A stretch of DNA of 64,000 nt from Podarcis tiliguerta (lineage: Eukaryota), in NCBI GenBank assembly GCA_965153285.1, contig OZ229112.1, one strand, 5' to 3'. Shown one piece after another: positions 38,401 to 49,387 of this stretch. The stretch's first letter is position 1. Each line of letters starts with the position of its first letter. Under the pieces are notes generated by a model that ran no database searches, was not told the origin of the DNA, and saw nothing but the letters and a program-made list of their open reading frames with translations. The position numbers were made by a program, and so were the translations under genes.

Positions 38401-38577
38401 AACGTGGCACAGGAGCTCAGGGTCTTGGTAAGAGCGGGAGGAAGACCCTGGAAGAGACCTGGACACACGCTCCCTCTCCCAGCCCCATTTCGCAGAGCCC
38501 CAACGAAGCGGCGGCACGCACCCCTTGAACTTGCCCGCGAGCTGAGGCGGCAAAGTTGCCGCCACCGGCGCCGCCAT
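31689..38577 (-). CDS. ARMT1: ARMT1 paralog A (downstream tandem copy), DUF89-family damage-control phosphatase, 441 aa
   Basis: Exons 38577-38522, 37345-37240, 36016-35781, 34208-34043 and 32450-31689 (1326 nt, open, all GT-AG). Motifs present: ECYMYRRI, LWGNKCDLS, VLDNAGFEL, PWYVSD, FKGDLNYRKL, RTLK. Confidence 0.95.
32908..33263 (+). mobile_element. Sauria SINE (lacertid/Podarcis-type) in ARMT1-A intron 4
   Basis: GGGACGC start, B box GGTTCGAATCC, body matching the recalled consensus, CCTTTACCTTTA tail, degenerate TSD aactagtgatttt/aacaagtgatgtt. Confidence 0.93.
34043..34208 (-). CDS. ARMT1: ARMT1-A exon 4 (166 nt)
   Basis: tttag|TCCACCC...CTACAG|gtaaaa; encodes PPISDYDVFKKEKDHGFFESQ...FLKLLQ. 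Confidence 0.95.
34379..34489. mobile_element. hAT-type MITE
   Basis: TIRs CATGGGTGTAG / CTACACCCACG; 8-bp TSD GACACAGT. Confidence 0.85.
34790..35034. mobile_element. Tc1/mariner-pogo MITE
   Basis: TA|CAGTGGATGCTCAGGTT...AACCCGAGGTATGACTG|TA; related to 56801-56985. Confidence 0.85.
35417..35630 (+). mobile_element. L2 LINE 3' fragment
   Basis: gacctaaacagcttgga...gcacctaggttgtggaactccttgcct. Confidence 0.55.
35781..36016 (-). CDS. ARMT1: ARMT1-A exon 3 (236 nt)
   Basis: tttag|AAAGGT...CAGAA|gtaagt; encodes KGIEAEKKVIVLLTKLRDELQADKP...WLYTECYMYRRIHEALAQ. Confidence 0.95.
36796..37120 (+). mobile_element. Degraded CR1 3' fragment in ARMT1-A intron 2
   Basis: ggcagcagattcaggaca...ttcacacaa...caaattcatggggaagaaaagtc...ctggtctgatctagcatggctcttc. 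Confidence 0.7.
37240..37345 (-). CDS. ARMT1: ARMT1-A exon 2 (106 nt)
   Basis: catag|ATCCTTT...GGTGAA|gtaaga; encodes SFAYNTIKDKLPIILTRVINNLEQHKNEFFEEHGE. Confidence 0.95.
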
Positions 38578-39040
38578 TTTGCTCACTGAGGCGCCTTCCC
38601 GGCACGCCACCCGGCGCAGCTACGCGCTTTCCCAAGCAACGCCTGTTCTCATTGGTCGGCGGGTGTGTTCCCTCGCGCAGCGGCCTTAGAAAGGGAGCAG
38701 AGCGAAGCAGCTCCTTCGGTAAGGAGGCAGAGAAGAGGGGCGGGGGGCGGGGTTGATGTAGAGGAGCGGAGGATCCTCCTTCTCCCCCCGCCTCGGGAAA
38801 AAGAAAAAAAGGTAACAGGTCTCGTTCTGAGTGGCTATTTGAGATGCGCGCGCATGGAGACGGCTCCGATTAAAGCGCCCGTCCCAGGACTGCGGCGGTT
38901 CCCCTGAAAGAACTTCATCTGTCCTCTTCCGCCCTCACTAGGACCAGGCACAGCTGGCTTCCGCCAGCAATCCTTGGCGCTGAGTAGCTGCGGAGCGAAG
39001 AGACGCGAAGTGAGCGGGGGAGGGGAGGGAGTTGCGACTG
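38480..39040. promoter_or_regulatory. CpG-island promoter of ARMT1-A (duplicate of the ARMT1/RMND1 bidirectional promoter)
   Basis: CpG-rich. YY1-type CCGCCATTTT at 38571-38580, CCAAT box at about 38651, GC boxes at about 38737-38752, NRF1-like TGCGCGCGCA at about 38845. Alignable by eye to 49310-49860. Confidence 0.8.
38522..38577 (-). CDS. ARMT1: ARMT1-A exon 1, coding part
   Basis: AAAATGGCGGCG start; encodes MAAPVAATLPPQLAGKFKG; donor GG|gtgcgt in phase 2 fits exon 2. Confidence 0.9.
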
Positions 39041-40279
39041 TAGGTTACAGCTATTCCTAAAAAGTAAGCTGCAGAAGGTAGTTAGGATTCTTGTGTATAT
39101 TCTATAACCGCAGATTTACAAAACGGGACACGCAAGGGAGAAGGGACCGAGAGGGAGAAGAAAAGAAAAATTTAAACTCAGGCGCCAATTCTTAGAACAG
39201 TTGTTCTTATAATGACCAGCTGGCACAATTGATGGGTAGGAGGTGCCTGATAGAGCTAGGCTTTCAACAAAGCTGATGATGGAAGGAACCTTCTGCCTCC
39301 CAGCTCGCCCACTGAGACAGTTTGGTGGAATGGCTACACTAAGGGGACAGTTGAGGAAGAGGATGGAGCCAGAGCTGGTCACAGCAGAGCCAATGGAGTG
39401 AAGTGCTTCTAAATTATATATGCAGGCAGCTACCTTTTTGTGCACCTCCAACTGATGCATGACCCCCAACACGTGTTGTTTTCAGCACTGGAACAGGCTT
39501 AAGTGCAACCACAGACAGGGAGTTGCTTGTCATTAATGGCTCAGTTTAGATTATCCCATGTAGTCAGTATCCCTGAACAAGAGTCTGGGCTCTGCAGTAG
39601 ACTTAAAGCTTAAGATCAATCTAGGCAAGACAAACTTGGAGGAAGAGGGACAGACTATACAGATGAGGAAATATTGGTCCTGGGTGCATACTCTTTTTTA
39701 AGGATGAAGGAAGACCCTTGGACCTGAGATTGTTATTGGAGAACCAGGTGGCAATATTAGCTGATTCTTAATAATTACAGGAACAGAAAATAGATATTGT
39801 CACTGTCTCAGTGGCAGGGAGGTACAGAGGTGACAACCCAACTTAGGTGCTCGTGTAATTTTGTACTGTTTGCATCCTAATGGACTCCAACTAAAGAAAC
39901 CACTGCCAGACCACAATTTTAGCATCAATGTGGGTGTACTAGAGGGAATGTTGAAAATCCATTTTGATTCTACACTTAAAAGATAAAGCTGCTTGACTAT
40001 CCTTGCACCATGACTTTGAGGAGGTCCGCTGATAGATGCTGGTGTTGGAAAAACAAGAGCTTATTGGGATTGTGGGACTGTTTCAACAACTGAAAGTACA
40101 ATTGAAAACCCAGAATGTATCTAGAATTGTGTAAGATGACTGCACCTGAATACCTTGTTGTATCATAAACCCATCTACTCAATAGTACTAGATTAATTTA
40201 TAATAATCTAAAGCATATTATACCATAAACTGTTTCACAAGTCTCGTTCTTTAAAATGCGGACTACAGTAGTGTGTGTA

Positions 40280-40582
40280 CAGTGGTGCCCCGCAAGACGA
40301 ATGCCTCGCAAGACGGAAAACCCGCTAGACGAAAGGGTTTTCCGTTTTGGAGGTGCTTCGCAAAACGAATTTGCTATGGGCTTGCTTCGCAAGACGAAAA
40401 TGTCTTGCGAGTTCCTGCGGGGTTTTTTCCCTCCCCCCCCTTTTCCCCAAGCCGCTAAGCCGCTTATCAGCTGATCCGCTAATAGCGCTAATCCGCTAAT
40501 GGGCTTGCTTCGCAAGATGAAAAAAACCGCAAGACGAAGAGACTCGCGGAATGGATTCTTTTCGTCTTGCGAGGCACCACTG
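40280..40582. mobile_element. Tc1/mariner-pogo MITE with reiterated GCAAGACGAA motifs
   Basis: 22-bp TIRs CAGTGGTGCC(C/T)CGCAAGACGAA; TA TSD. Confidence 0.92.
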
Positions 40583-41202
40583 TACTTCTCTTGGGAATTC
40601 ACTGTTGTGATTTCATAGACTGCCTAACCAAATAGACAAAAACCACTCTTGGATATTCTTAGCAGCACCAAAGTGGCCTCACTGGAGCGCAGACCTGAGC
40701 AGTGTGTACGAAGGTCCCTACCCCCCATTGTTGACCTCGCTGATGTAGTCCAAAGGAAAATAGAGCGTACAAGGTGCCATCCAACCCAATGACAATTGTT
40801 TTCCAACTAAATAATATAACTGCCTCCCAAATGCTTAAGCAGGGTAGGGAAGGCCCTTTCCTCCTCACATTTTCCTCTCCTATCTGCTGCAACACTCATC
40901 CATTGCTAGATCTCCTCCTCTGCAATTAATGAAATTACTACCTACCCCATCTCTCAAAGCGCCTGAGCGTAAGCAGGAAGGGGAAAATGGGAATGGGGTC
41001 TCACCCAATTGCCAATAATCATGTCAGGGCAAAGCCTTCCATCTCTATTTGTAGTTAACCACAGTGCTACTTAAAGCATAGCGTAGCTAGCAAGTGGAAA
41101 AAGGTGTTCCTTATATGCCAGGTTACTTATTTAAACTACCACCAACTGATGCAGATACCTCTTATACTGGAGAAAGAATTCAAGTCAATCCATTTGAATC
41201 CA

Positions 41203-41212
41203 TTTATTTATT
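41203..41212 (-). terminator. Candidate polyadenylation signal of ARMT1-B
   Basis: Overlapping AATAAATAAA on the minus strand about 390 nt after the stop. Confidence 0.5.
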
Positions 41213-41597
41213 TAAGCTAATCTTGACCAGAGAGGTTCAGGCAGCTTAAAAGTAAGACTTGAGCTACAGAAAAGCAAAAATTTTTAGCAAATCAAAGTGC
41301 AATATTTTGCCGTTAATGTTAGAATAGAGGTCAGACAAACCGCAGCTACTAAAGCTGCTCTCAGTGTTTCCTCTGTCAAGTATTTTTTACTTATAAATAT
41401 CTAAGAATAATGACATTTTCGTTTTTTAAGACCATGAATACCAGAAAAGGGTTTGTAAAATGTCACAATTGCACACAACCTTAAAAATAGCAGTAAGACC
41501 CGTAGAAGAGAACATGCACATTGAAAGCCAGCGGTCTTTCAACCTTGACCAACAAAAGCATTTAGCACAGCCCTGTCCTTTAAACTTTGCATATCAA

Positions 41598-42359
41598 TCA
41601 TGAAGCAGCATCAAACTGAATTATTCCATATTTCCCAATGATCATCCAATCAGGTTCAGTATTAGTAAGCTGTTCACCTTGCCCAGGTTTCAGCCCAACC
41701 TGGATATCACATTTTAGCGTTCTTAAACTACAGAGAGGGGCAGGGTGAAAATTGTTCAAGGCTTGATGGAACGGCACTGTGAATTCCCACTTCCGATCAG
41801 CTATCAACTTTCTGTAGTTCAAATCACCTTTAAAAATAATTAAATTTGACTTCTGCAATTCACTGTACAAATCAGGAGCCACTTGAGCCATCCTACAATA
41901 TTCATGCGGCGAGGTCCAGAACAAGTGATCATGATAAATCCAAACGCCATTTTTCAAATAGCCCTCCCAGCAGACACCACACCTAGACATCCCCTTGTGA
42001 TTAGCTGACTGCATTTGCTTAATTGTCCAATTCAGGTCACGCCTTGTAGTATCTGACACATACCATGGGATGCTTTTCCCATGGAAATGAATTTCAGTAG
42101 CTAATTTGGAGGATAACAAGAAGTCAGCCAGTATAAGGTCAGTAGTAAGTTCAAAACCAGCATTATCCAGGACTATGTCAAGTCTAGTAGTCTGCTTATT
42201 CATGTTCTTTTTGTTTATAAGCAGTGACCAAAGCTTTTCCATGTGATCCACCAAGATAAAAGGTTTTAACTCTTCCACAGACTGTAATGGGTCAGACTTC
42301 TGAGAACTATCTGCACCGGCTGACAGTGAAAGGTCACACCTATTGCCCCACAGTGAAAC
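41598..42359 (-). CDS. ARMT1: ARMT1-B exon 5 (762 nt including TGA)
   Basis: tttag|GTTTCA; encodes VSLWGNRCDLSLSAG...LDNAGFEL...GDLNYRK...RTLK...QFDAAS*. Confidence 0.97.
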   Translation of the reverse strand, partial: VSLWGNRCDLSLSAGADSSQKSDPLQSVEELKPFILVDHMEKLWSLLINKKNMNKQTTRLDIVLDNAGFELTTDLILADFLLSSKLATEIHFHGKSIPWYVSDTTRRDLNWTIKQMQSANHKGMSRCGVCWEGYLKNGVWIYHDHLFWTSPHEYCRMAQVAPDLYSELQKSNLIIFKGDLNYRKLIADRKWEFTVPFHQALNNFHPAPLCSLRTLKCDIQVGLKPGQGEQLTNTEPDWMIIGKYGIIQFDAAS

Positions 42360-45300
42360 CTAAAAGAAGAAGAAAAAGTACACAATCCCTGTGAGCTGAG
42401 TAATGCCTTGTTGCACTACCTATCACATATATTTAGATTCAGATTTAACGGCACACTTGAAAAAGCTGGATTCCCAGTAGTCAGCTGTTTAGCAGAGAAG
42501 AGCGTCTGAATCAATCTCCTTACTTCTGAACAACTGATTGAGGGGATTCAATCTTACTTTAAAAATATCAACTACCTTTGTTGGATTAATCTGGGGAACC
42601 ACGCACACAGCACCCATTTACATAAGCTATTCCATATCACGATAGGGTTAAGGATAGGGATATGGACACTGAAGCCTCCTTCGAAGTACATATATCCCTT
42701 ATTTAGAGCAGGATGCTGATTTATGTGGGGGGGGGGGGGAATCATTTTATTATTTATTCAATTTATATTCTGCCGTTCCCCAACCCAGGGCAGCAAATCA
42801 TCTTCTGAATTGTGGAGCACAGCTAACTCCCAAGTTTCTAAATTCAAAAGCAAAAACTACATCCATCATACTTTAGTCTCAAGTTTAGGTAATGTTTATT
42901 AGTTTTCAACAAATGAGCATCACATCAATAACTTTGTCAGGACACCAAAATCAGGTTCCAATGAGGGATAAGTGACAACAGATTATAAGTGAGAGAAGAA
43001 AAACAGAAGGAATGTAAATGCTATTTTGTGAAAGATAATCAGGGGAAGCCATGGGTATAGCAGAAAATAAATTTCAGAGAAATTAACATCTCAAAAACAT
43101 CTATTTCAGAGCTGTGAAATAATTATGTGCATGAAAAAGAATTATGTGCTTGTTTCTGTGCCCCAATATTAGAACTGCAGCCAATGATATAAGAATTTTA
43201 CTCACCGTTTAAAACAACATTGCAGAGAACAGTATATGAGTTGTTGAAGGATCTCAACTTTCTTACAATTATTCTGCTGGCATGGAATAATTTTTCAACA
43301 TTTCTTATCAGAAATGTGATACGTCTCCTGTTTTACATTAGGCCATCTTTGAAACAAGAAACTTAAAAATTATAGAATATGTGCAACATTAAATAAACAG
43401 TAAGTATTAATAGTTTTACCTGAAGCAATTTAAAAAATTCCTTTTTCAATAAATTTTCATCTAGCTTCTCCACGTTTTTCAATATATCTTGCAGATAAGT
43501 ACTCATTAGAATTATAGCTTGTTGAGATTCAAAGAAATTGTGTACCTTTTCTTCTTTAAACACATCAAAGTCACTGATGAGTGGACTAAACAGAAAAAGG
43601 GGAAAACATTAGTTTTTGACCTTAATAAATACTGAAGACCACATCCACATGTTGAGCTCCCCGCCCCGCCAATTGCTTACCCTGTGACATGGTGCTATGT
43701 TGTATACTTCCACACCCCAGCTCAAAGTCATTGGCCTCATTCACAAAATGCTAAGCCAAACCACTGCTAAATATACATAAACAAGTATACTTGTGCAAAA
43801 CTAGGGCACTTCACTCCTTCTTGGGTCCTGCTGTTGCTCCGCTATTGGGAGCTAAGCCATGGTTTGGCTTAGTGTTACCTGTGAATCTTGGCTTGTGGTT
43901 TGTCTCACTCCAAACCTTAGTTATACAGCTCATTGTCTGTCTAGAGAAAAACAAGCTAGGAGCACATTTGCACATAACCCTAAGCCAAACCATGTCCTAG
44001 CTCTTGGTAGTGTAGCAGCAGCGGGAGGAGTGAACTACCTGTGGTTTCCTAACCGCACTAGCACATTTGCTTATTTATGTTAAGCCACGTTTTGGCTTAG
44101 GGTTATGTGTGAATCAGGACACAAAATGTAACATGTAACACTCAGCCAAACCATGGCTTAGCTCCCAATAGTGTAGCTACAAAGAACAATACGAAGTTCA
44201 ATCCTTAGTCAAACAGGTTTAATTTTACTATGTAAATGTTAGAAAGGTGTTTGAGAACAAATACAAAAGTTCTCAGATTCTCCCTGCCCCAGCTCATCAT
44301 ACTTGTAGCATTCATCATAAATACACCAATCCCTCCCACCACTACTCTCTTTTTTTGGCCAAGAGCAGAAAGCAAGAATGTTTAATCTGCAGTTCATATT
44401 TACCAAATAAGATGCATGCACTAGATAAATAAAATCAGAAGCTGCCTTCTACATTGGTCCAATGTAGTTCAGTACTGTCTACACTGACTGGCAGCAGCTC
44501 TTCAGACAGAACCTTCCCATCCCTACATGGAAATGCCAGAGATTGAAACTGGGAGCTTCTGCTTGATAAGCAGATGCTCTATTACTGAGCTGCCGTTGTT
44601 CCCTATTACCCAACTCTGACCAGTGGTTTGGTTGTGGTACACAAATGCATGAGAAGGAAACAATAGCTTGAGTTATAAATATACCAGGAATATTTCATAT
44701 TTTTTCCTCCCTTATTAACACACATGGCCCCTGTCTAATAAAAATGATAGAAATACAGAAATCAAATATCTGAAGTTGTTCAATATAGAATGTTTCTTGT
44801 TATTTAAAATAATTAATTCATAAGCAAAGCACACATTTCTTGACATTTTAATGAGCTTATACGACCTTTTATAGAGAAACAATTCCAAGCAATAATATAT
44901 AACAAATAAACATTGTAATTATGAAACACATAATGGTTTCAAAATTGAAACGAACTTTACATTTTTTTCTTCCCAAGAAACAAGGTATTCCTTCATCCTT
45001 CCAGGAACATGAGAAAAGAATGTTAACAATGTTTCCCTCATCATTTCAATGTCATCTGATAGGACTCCACATGCAATCTGTACTCCAGATTTGGGTAACT
45101 ACTATATCCTGAGGCACTGTATAAGCTGTGAAAGTGGGTTATAAGTTACGTAAATTAATATAGTTATTCTTCACACATTAACTTTACAGTATTTTTCAAC
45201 TGATTTTTAAATTTTATTTGATGGCTGTTTTTCTATGGGTGGGGTTCAAAAAAGAAAGTAGCCAACAGTTTTTGTTTCATTCAATTAAGCTGTAGGCTAA

Positions 45301-48300
45301 AGTGAACAAATCACTTTACAGGTCTATCATTAATCAGAAAGCAAAGGAAGAAGAGAATTACAAGGACTTCAAAATTTGTAGCAAGAAGTGACACTAAAAT
45401 TCCAACTTGTAGTTATACTATACCTACTAAATTAGGTTTTGAGGTGGATTAGAAAATATTTAAAATGCATGAAATAGACAAGAGTCACTAGGAAGGAACA
45501 AAGTTCACCTTCCCCAGTCTTCAGATGTTCCACTGGCACTCTGCTGATCTGTGTACCGCATAGCAGATTTCAGAGGAAATAACCGAAGCCCAGAAATGGC
45601 TGTTGGAGTCCTTCACGGGATGGTGTCTATTTACCCAAACTGCTGCTATGTTGCTCTGGCTCTTGGTGCCAGATGCAAGAGGCAACTATCACTCTGTTGC
45701 TGACTAGAAGTCAGGAGAAGGAATAAAAAAAGGAAAACAGCTGGCACTTAAGATTGAGTTATTTTCTCTGTTTTACCTTAAGCTTGAACTTTATTTCCCA
45801 ATTCCCCATCCCACAGACGGAAACGATACATAAGCAAACAACACACATGCTTACTTTTGAGCAAGTGCCTCATGAATTCTACGATACATATAACACTCTG
45901 TATATAGCCAAGGAGACTGAAACCAGCTTGGTGGTTCATCTGATAAACTTTGATGATATTCTAAGCAATGGTTCCAGAAAGTGCTGTCAGGGAGGTTATC
46001 AGTCAAGGCAATCAGTGGTTTGTCTGTCTGCAGCTCATTCCGTAACCTGGAGAGATAGGCTATAGCTTTCTTCTCAGATTCAATACCTTTCTAAAATTAA
46101 GAGAAAATGAAGAGATAAACAAATGTTTTCAATCTGAATGTTTTGTTCATAAAGTTATGAAGGGTTGCAATAACTTGACTGAATTCCAAACAAAAGTGCA
46201 AGTCCAGAACCCAAGTATCAAACATGACAACCAAATGCTTTAGTCCATAGGTAGGCAACTTGTGGCCTCAGGGCCTAGGGTGACTGAGACGTTACAGGTT
46301 TATAAACTTATGCATGGCATGGGAAAAGTGGACAGAGAATTCTAGAACTTAGGGTCATCCGGTCAAACAGATGGCAGCAGATTCAGGACAGAAAAGTACT
46401 TGGTCACACAAGGAATAATTTATGTAATTCACTGCCAAAAGTTGTGATGAGGGCCACTAGCTGAAAAGGCTTGAATGGAAAATTGAGACAAATACATGGG
46501 CCACTAAGGATACTGGTCTTTAGTTTGTGCTAGCAAGGCTCTTTGTATGTTCTTATGGAAGCAGAAAAATATTTACTTAAGCATGCAGAAATAATTACAC
46601 AAAGTTTGATTTGCTTAAGGTTTTTAAGAGAACAACATTGAAAGAGAAAGAATAAAAGGCAGCAATTTCTTACTTCTCCATGTTCTTCAAAGAACTCATT
46701 TCTGTGTCGATGCAGAGTATCAATAACTTTAGTCAGGATTAGAGGCAGCCTATCTTTAATTGTATTGTATGCGAAGGATCTATGAAGAAAAAAACAATAT
46801 TGTTTTAGGCTTGTAAATAGCCACTTCCATCACCATCAGAATCACCATCAGGCAACTTTATTAAAGTTACCGTATTTTTCGCCCTATAGGACGCACTTTT
46901 TCCCTTCCAAAAATGAAGGGGAAATGTGTGTGCGTCCTATGGGGCGAATGCAGGCTTTCGCTGAAGCTTGGAGAGCGAGAGGGGTCAGTGCGCACTGACC
47001 CCTCTCGCTCTCCAGGCTTCAGGAAGCTATCCGCAAGCTCAGCGCCCCCCAGGCTTCAGGCTTTGCGCAGCTCTCCCACGGCTTGTGGAGAGCTGCCTGT
47101 TCTGGGGGCTGGGGTTGGGGGAAGCTCGGGCTTCTCCCGCCCAAGCCCCGCGCCTGGGGGAAAATAATTTTTTTTTCTTTATTCCCCCCCCCAAAAAAAA
47201 ACCTAGGTGCGCCCTATGGGCCAAAAAATACGGTAATTTCTACACAGAAGGAGTAAACTGCTGTGTTCAGATATCATGGTAACCCATAATTATGTTGGCT
47301 CACAAAGTGAGCCTCGCCTCCTCCCAATCTTGCATACTCCTTCCCTCCCTGTTGTAGATAAGACAAGCTTAGAAAGTTTTACTTCCATTTTCAATAAACC
47401 AATGCTCATCTTCTTGCTTGAACTTGACGAACTGGTTAAACTTTGTTTGAAACATGCCATATTTAAGATTAACCACCATTTATGGTCGTAAAAAATTGAA
47501 ATTAGAAGTGAAAGCTTCCCATCACCGCCTTGTGGCTCTGGAGGAGAAAGAGCAGAGGGAAGGAGCCCAGGTCTATTATTCTTATACACAATAAATTATG
47601 GTTTATCATGATGTCTAAACACAGACTTTTTCTAAACCTCTCATACCCCTCCACACCACATCTCAATGCAAACACAGTATTTATCACACTGAAACATTGA
47701 AGCCATTAAGATTTTGCCCAACTGATATGCAGTCCTAAGCAATACACTGATTCCATATATGAAAATTAAGCAGAAATATTACTTCCAAGTGTCCAGACTT
47801 GCAGGGGAAAAGTTTTGTGGTCTTAATCTCACACAGTTTACCATGGAAAACATCTTCATATGTACACAGCAACTTTCTTAAACCATGTCCCAGACCAATA
47901 AGAACTTGGTCAAATAAGCTAAATACTCTAATTCATATCTAAAGGATGGTATTTATGACTCTGGGTAACACTTTTAATAATCTTTATCTTAAAACCAAAA
48001 TGTCAGTCTTCAAATATTCATTGGAAGCCGCCTAGAGTAGCTGGGGTTACCCAGTCAGATGGGCACCATATTATTATTATCATTTCTTTACTATTAACAA
48101 ATAAACAACTTAGTTCTCTTCAAAAAAGAGGAGAGAGGGAGACAATGCCTTGTTTCTGATGTCAGTACATCTGAATTATTGTCTAGAATAGTAAGAAAAT
48201 GTATGATTTGTTAATCAATAGCAATTCAAGTATTATTGCTGGGTTTCACAGTAGATAAACATATTTTCAAAACTGGTTTACATAGAACTGTACAGTTGGA

Positions 48301-49387
48301 AGGGACCACAAGGATCATCTTGACACCCCCTCCCCAAGCCCTTGCACTGCCTTCCCAAAGCAAAATAAGGAGGCACTTGGCTTTGGGAAGGAGGCATGAG
48401 GGCTCTGACAGGGTCCTAGAGCTCTCACGCCTCTTTCCCAATGCCTAGTTAGCACTTCCCAGCTTTGAGGAGGCAGCAGGGCTCTAGGACCCTGCCAGAA
48501 GGTTATGGTGTGTGTCAAATTTTGGCCTCACTACACCCCCCCCCCCAGCGCCCCACCTCCCATGACAAGCAGCATGCAGCCCACAGGTTCTGTGTCAAAT
48601 AAAACTGCATGGTTAAAATAAAATGTAATACGCGAGAATACAAACATATTGATTAAATAGTCCTCTGTCAAAGACATTGCTCAAATCATGATCTGGACAT
48701 CTCAAACTTAGCTTCACATACGCTCTGTTCCTCTGACTTAACTTCCGGGTTTTGCCTCAAGCCTGAATTGGAAACTCACTTCTAATTCTGGCTCAGAGAC
48801 ACGTATGGCTTATGCTTTGTTGCGACGTAATAGAAAACTTGGTTTTGCAAACCACCGAGTGATTTGCAGAAGCAGGGAAGACTTGAATACTCGAAGTACG
48901 AGGGGTGGAGCGGAACCCAACCACCCACTGACAGCCGAAAAAGGCCACTGTGTTCCTGGATTCTGTTGCGAAACCTCCCTTTCCCAACCAGAAGTGGTTC
49001 AAAGGGCGGAGAACAGACACCCCCCTGAGACCGCAAATGCCACCCTCCCAAATAATTCGCGGGGGCAGCTCCGAATCTGGAAGCCGGCTTTCCGTGCAAA
49101 GCGAACTGGGGCTCGGAGGAAGAAGAGCAGAAATGGAAAACAGCGGCTCACTAGAGTGCCGCGTTTTCAGCCGCCCCGGCTCTCCGAGCGAGGAGGGGAA
49201 GAGACCCGGACATAGCTCCCTACCCTTGTCCCCTGGTACTCTACAGCTCCAGCCTCCCCGCGAATGGCCGACGGTTCACCCCTCGCCCACCCATTTCTCA
49301 GAGCCCCCGACGAAGCGGCGGAGACGGGACGCACCCCTTGAACTTGCCCGCGAGCTGAGGCGGCAGCGTTGCCGTCGGCGCCGCCAT
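41598..49387 (-). CDS. ARMT1: ARMT1 paralog B (copy head-to-head with RMND1), 440 aa (443 aa if the in-frame ATG at 49396 is used)
   Basis: Exons 49387-49335, 46779-46674, 46090-45855, 43585-43420 and 42359-41598 (1323 nt, open, all GT-AG). All DUF89 motifs are intact. Confidence 0.96.
43420..43585 (-). CDS. ARMT1: ARMT1-B exon 4 (166 nt)
   Basis: tttag|TCCACTC...CTTCAG|gtaaaa; encodes PLISDFDVFKEEKVHNFFESQ...FFKLLQ. Confidence 0.95.
43734..44120. mobile_element. Degraded palindromic MITE with AAACCATGGCTTAG-type repeats
   Basis: Ends ggcctcattcaca / tgtgaatcaggac; internal inverted taagccaaacc/ggtttggctta motifs. Confidence 0.6.
44437..44603 (-). mobile_element. Squam2-type SINE
   Basis: Reverse complement resembles 30720-30905 (head agctcagtaatagagcatctgct). 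Confidence 0.75.
45855..46090 (-). CDS. ARMT1: ARMT1-B exon 3 (236 nt)
   Basis: tttag|AAAGGT...CAAAA|gtaagc; encodes KGIESEKKAIAYLSRLRNELQTDKP...ECYMYRRIHEALAQ. Confidence 0.95.
46290..46502 (+). mobile_element. Degraded CR1 3' fragment in ARMT1-B intron 2
   Basis: tatgcatggcatgggaaaagtggacagaga...ggcagcagattcaggacaga...gacaaatacatggg. Confidence 0.7.
46674..46779 (-). CDS. ARMT1: ARMT1-B exon 2 (106 nt)
   Basis: catag|ATCCTTC...GGAGAA|gtaaga; encodes SFAYNTIKDRLPLILTKVIDTLHRHRNEFFEEHGE. Confidence 0.95.
46870..47233. mobile_element. Tc1/mariner-pogo non-autonomous element (CCGTATTTTTC ends)
   Basis: TA|CCGTATTTTTCGCC...GGCCAAAAAATACGG|TA. Confidence 0.9.

Noticed and set aside
40280-40582. 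CRISPR-like array of GCAAGACGAA repeats (also at 52731-53096)
   Set aside because: Irregular spacing inside TA-flanked TIRs in eukaryotic DNA; these are MITE internal repeats.
47500-47575. Cryptic exon in ARMT1-B intron 1 (pyrimidine tract plus CAG on the minus strand)
   Set aside because: No convincing donor, no counterpart in copy A and no protein similarity.
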